Shown piece by piece: positions 54,017 through 64,000 of a DNA stretch of 64,000 bases. The position numbers and the translations under genes are program-made. The DNA is from Klebsormidium nitens (taxonomy: Eukaryota; Plantae; Klebsormidiophyceae): contig DF237122.1 of NCBI GenBank assembly GCA_000708835.1, positions 1-64,000 on the forward strand. The letters are read 5' to 3'. Numbering within the stretch: position 1 is the stretch's first letter; each line of letters starts with the position of its first letter. The notes beneath the pieces were generated by a model, which was not told the origin of the DNA, searched no databases, and saw only the letters and a program-made list of their open reading frames with translations.

Positions 54017-59883
<5,867 letters not shown>

Positions 59884-60757
59884 GGATTACGGGCGAAGGA
59901 GGGGCGATGCCATAAACCACAAAAGACACCACCAACCAGTCCTTCTAGCCCTTGCGCGAGATGCGCAGAAAGGAGAGAAAGGCGCCCTGACGGCTCCTTG
60001 CGAGCTTTCAAACGGCTGAAAGAGGAAGGGGATGCTGTCAACTCCGAAGCTGTGTACAGGTCCGCTCATTTTCGAGCGACGCCTGAATGTTAAGCTCAGA
60101 CTCTCCGGTCGCCAAACTCTCGCTGTTCGACTCTGAACTGTGACAGCTACGGGACAAGTGTCATACGGTAATACCCGTACGACCAAGGTATGATTCCGAA
60201 TGCTCGAAAAACACATTTATTTTAGCGAATGCGAGCCCAAATCATGTATTATTTTCCACTTTCCGACCCTAAATCCGAATCGGTAAGAGGTACCCGGGTA
60301 CCCATGCTTTCAGAGCGTCTGGCGGTATCCGGTACGTACCGGAGACCTAAACGGCCTTGAAAAGTGCTTTCCGAACGAGTTTTAGCAATTATTTTCGCTT
60401 TCCGAAAAAGCAGAATCCGACTGCTTATCCGGAGTTGTCAACTTTCCGAATGCAAATAATTATTTATTTATTCGGAATCATACCTTGGCAGTACGGGTAT
60501 ACCTATTGCACCTTTGAGCAGGCCATAATCGACCAGCAGACTTGAGAGAGACTTGCTCATGAGCAATGCGAAAGCTTGCTTGCTTGCTTGAGTTGGCTGC
60601 CCGCGAGCTGGCAACGTACCAGCCTTCAGAATCAGATGTGAATTGGCTTTCTTCCCCTGGTATCGCTTGAGCTTTTGGCTTGGAAAGCTTCTGTCAAGGA
60701 GCGGGTAAGGTCCAGGCAGGGCCCGCGGTGTTCTTTAAGGCCCAGGGGACACTTCAA

Positions 60758-63700
60758 ATGGACGGCCTAATGACGGAGTTTGCCAGCTGCGTCGTGCAGG
60801 CGCTGCGGATGGGCCCGGAGCACGAGGTTGCAAGCATCATTAAAGAAACAATCAACCTGCTCAAGCTGCGCATCAGCGCTGGTTTTGCGAACGGCTTTGC
60901 GCTGGCGCCGGGGCAGGGGGGGCCTGTTCTCCAGGGCGGGGCCAGCCCTTACTTAACCCAGACGCTAACCGGCTTTGAGGTGTGCGAAGATGGCAGGGCA
61001 GCCAAGCGCCGGAAAGTCATGCGGTGCTCGGTGCAGGAGTGTGAGGAGCAGCCGACACATGGGTGGTACCTTGTGAAGCCAATTGCGTGCAAGAATCATG
61101 CGGATGCGGGGATGGATGAGTACGAGCCCCGGAAGCGGTGTAACATCATCAAGGACCATCAGACAATCAGCCAGTGCAAGAAGCAGCCAACTTATGGGTG
61201 GCCAGGATTCAGGTGGGTGGGTGCATCTCCGGTATCAGCATTTTAATAGCTGCCTTCAGCATTCCCTGATTCTAGCTGTGGATGTAGGTTTTGGTTTTGA
61301 AGAGGTCCTTTGGATACGGGTAGCTCAGGGCAAGCTTTGCACCAGCTTCTTGGGGTAGACTCAAAACTTCTTTCGCCTGACTCCACTTCCGACCTCCGGT
61401 CTTGGGGCAGAATTTGGATTTGTTGGCCAAGATTGGAGTATCTTCAAGGAAGTGCAGTCAGAGGTTGTGTGGTTGGAATGATGAAACTGCGGTCCACAAT
61501 TGCCAGTTTTGTTGATAGGACCCCATTCAGTCTGAGCGGCAGTAATGTTGACGGCAGTGAGAGTCCACAACAAGAAGGTTACCTGCTGAGAGTTCGATGG
61601 ACGTTCATAGTCTTTGGGTCCACATACTCTCAAGGCAATATTAATCCTGGCGCCCTCGTTCCCTGCTCAGTCATTCGCAATATCCGGGCTCAAGGACCAA
61701 GTATAATTCGGCACAAATTCTGACACACTCAAAATCAGTTTCGCCTGTCCTCCTTCCAGGCCTGTGGCATGCCGCACTCATGCCGAGCCTGGCATGGAGG
61801 ACGTTGTGAGCAAGCGGTGCAACTTTGTGGACGCCAGCGGGGTGCAGTGCGATAAGCATCCGAGCTTCGGACATGCGGGCGAACTGCGGACCGTAAGTTT
61901 GTGATTCCTTGTTGTCCGTGCCGATTAACTTGCAACATGTTTTGTAATCTGGGGCTCGAAGTTATAGGAAGATACTACTGGCTGCCAAATCTGATCTGCG
62001 CAAGGAACAATAAGAAAGGGACTCATTGTTACAGGCACTGAGATAATATTGCCAATGATTCTTTCATGTAAGGTCATTTCTGTGATCTGTAGCGTACTTG
62101 ACAATGAGCCCCCCTACTTGTAATAAATCCCGAGGCGGGATTCCAACAAAGCTATCCCAACGGATCGCAAAAAGCCTACGCTCGCCCAATCACTTGCTTT
62201 TGTCGATTCGACATCCTGGATTGGACATACTTTTCTTTTGCGCTTTCTGCGCTACTAGTCGATAATACATGCTAGATTTTTGTACCCCCCCAAATTGCTT
62301 CCTGAGCGTCATTCTCGATACCTTCCCCTCTCACAGCGCTGCTTTCAGTACTTAAGCCGAGACCCTGTCCTCTTCCCCCTTCTTGCACTCCTAGATGAAA
62401 TCTCACACGAAATACATCCTTCCACCCCCCATAATCGTCATCTCTGCCCTTTTCCACCATACAGCGCTGCCGTCAGCACGCCGAGACCCTGTCCTCTTCC
62501 CCCCTCAGGCGCTCCTTAACGAGAGCTCACACGAAGTCATCCTCCACCCCCCTAAATGTCACACGGACCGTTATCCTCTGCCTCTTTCCCCCTTGCAGCG
62601 CTCCCGTCAGCACGCCGAGTCCTGTCCTCTTTCCCCCTCCGGGACTCCTCAATAAAACTTCACACGACATCCTCCTTCCACCCCCATCATCTCATGCTGA
62701 CCCCCTTGGGCGCTCCTTCACCAGATTTCACACGAAATTTTCCTTCCACGCCCCACATATCATACTCACCGTCATTCGCTGCCCCTTTCCCCCTTGCAGC
62801 GCTGCCGCCAGCACGCGGAGACCGGCATGGACCTCGCGCGCCAGCTTTGCACCACGGACGGCTGCGAGAAGCGCCGGCGCTACGGCTGGGCGATGAAGAA
62901 GCCGATCAAGTGCCGGGAGCACGCCGAGACGGGGATGGAGAACGTCATCCCGTACGAAAAGTGCCAGGGCTCGGACGGCGACGACGTGTGTACGAAGCGT
63001 CCGAATTACGGGTGGCCGGGGCAGAAGAAGCGCACGCACTGTAAGGCGCACTGCCAACCGGGGATGGAGGATTTGAACAACAGAAAGTGCGGGTGCCCGG
63101 ACGGGACCATGGTGGGTTGCAAGCTGCGGCCGAAGTTCGGGTTCCCAGGTGAGCGGTTCGAAGATTCGGGGGCCGACTTCGCTTCAGGTTTGACATTAAC
63201 TGAGAGTGCGTTTTCGGATTCAGATTCGGACTCTGGGTTTTGGGGCAGGGTCATAGTTTCGCGTTGAGGTTCTACGTGAGGTTCGGTGCCTAGGGCTAGG
63301 ATCGACTTCCAGATTGCCTTCCTATGGCCTTTGTTTCTTGGTACGGTAGATTTGCGTAGCAGCGATTGTCGGATAGCTTGCATTGTAAAGGTGAAGAGAC
63401 GATGAGTTTCTGTCACTCCTGGCCTCACGTCACACGAAGTTGAGAGGGCGGACTCGGCCTCGTGCTACGTTCTCTCTTCCTCCCTCTCCTGCTTTTCGTC
63501 GTCCTCTGAAAGAGTACTTTTCGATTGTGTAGGCGAGAAGGCGTCCCGGTGCAAGGCCCACGCAGAAGAGGGCATGGTCGACGTGGGGCACGCTAAGTGC
63601 GAGATCGCGGGTTGCATGAAACGAACACAATATGGGTGGGCGGGGGGCGCATCCAAACCCACCCGGTGCAAAGGCCACACCGAACCTGGCATGGTAGACT

Positions 63701-63897
63701 TGACGAAACGGGTGTGCGCGTTTGACGGGTGTAAGGGGAAAGTTGTCACGGGCCCCCCGAAAGAGACAAGCTGGCGGTGCGAGGCGCATGCAGAGCGGCA
63801 GTCGGTGCGCGTGTTGGAGCTGCGGGCGAAGGCGGGGCTTGAGGCGCAACCGGCGGCCGGGACGCCGGCTGGGTTTGTGATGGGCGCGGTCGGCTGA
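60758..63897 (+). CDS. EsV-1-7-type cysteine-rich repeat protein (8 repeats); join(60758..61212,61760..61892,62800..63148,63533..63897); start codon uncertain
   Basis: Repeated C-x4-11-C-xK/R-P-x-Y/F-G-W/F-x-G...C-x2-H-x3-GM-x-D units. Junctions are in phase (2, 0, 1). Basic AKRRK motif precedes the repeats. Confidence 0.85.
62320..62825 (+). repeat. Degenerate tandem array: three extra copies of the exon-3 acceptor region
   Basis: ...CAG|CGCTGCCG.CAGCACGC.GAGACC-like sequence after AG at 62336, 62464, 62598 and 62799. Confidence 0.9.
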
Positions 63898-64000
63898 TGC
63901 CGGGAGGTCGGGTACTGTTCGGGCTGATTTTTTTTTGACACCGTAGTGTTGAACAGATTGAGTAAGAGGCTCACGTCATCGTTGCTCACGATGTCTTCTT

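Noticed and set aside
60680-64000. Endogenous giant-virus insertion
   Set aside because: Only one virus-associated domain, the gene has spliceosomal introns, and no NCLDV core genes are nearby

Overview
Intron-rich (GT-AG), gene-dense eukaryotic nuclear DNA with two assembly gaps (N at 1885-2150 and 32770-32789). Gene content and style point to a streptophyte (charophyte) green alga such as Klebsormidium; this is an inference. I could splice together by eye the following genes: a small HSP with a perfect heat-shock element, a DBP2/RH20 DEAD-box helicase, a type-I membrane Pro/Ser/Thr-rich protein, a mitochondrial carrier, chloroplast sensor kinase (CSK), SKA2, the B12-chaperone GTPase MMAA/MeaB, poly(A)-binding protein, two intronless BTB plus MATH-like paralogs, an 8-repeat EsV-1-7-type cysteine-rich protein, and three hypothetical genes. 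No tRNA, rRNA or CRISPR was seen. The most notable observations are: (i) a virus-associated EsV-1-7 repeat protein present as an intron-containing host gene; (ii) tandem duplications spanning splice junctions in three genes, leaving dead or decoy splice sites; (iii) a CSK with a single Cys and a ~318-aa acidic insertion in its GAF region; (iv) a candidate poison exon in the DBP2 motif-V intron; (v) a 1.28-kb inverted-repeat element containing a GGTACC-dense array.
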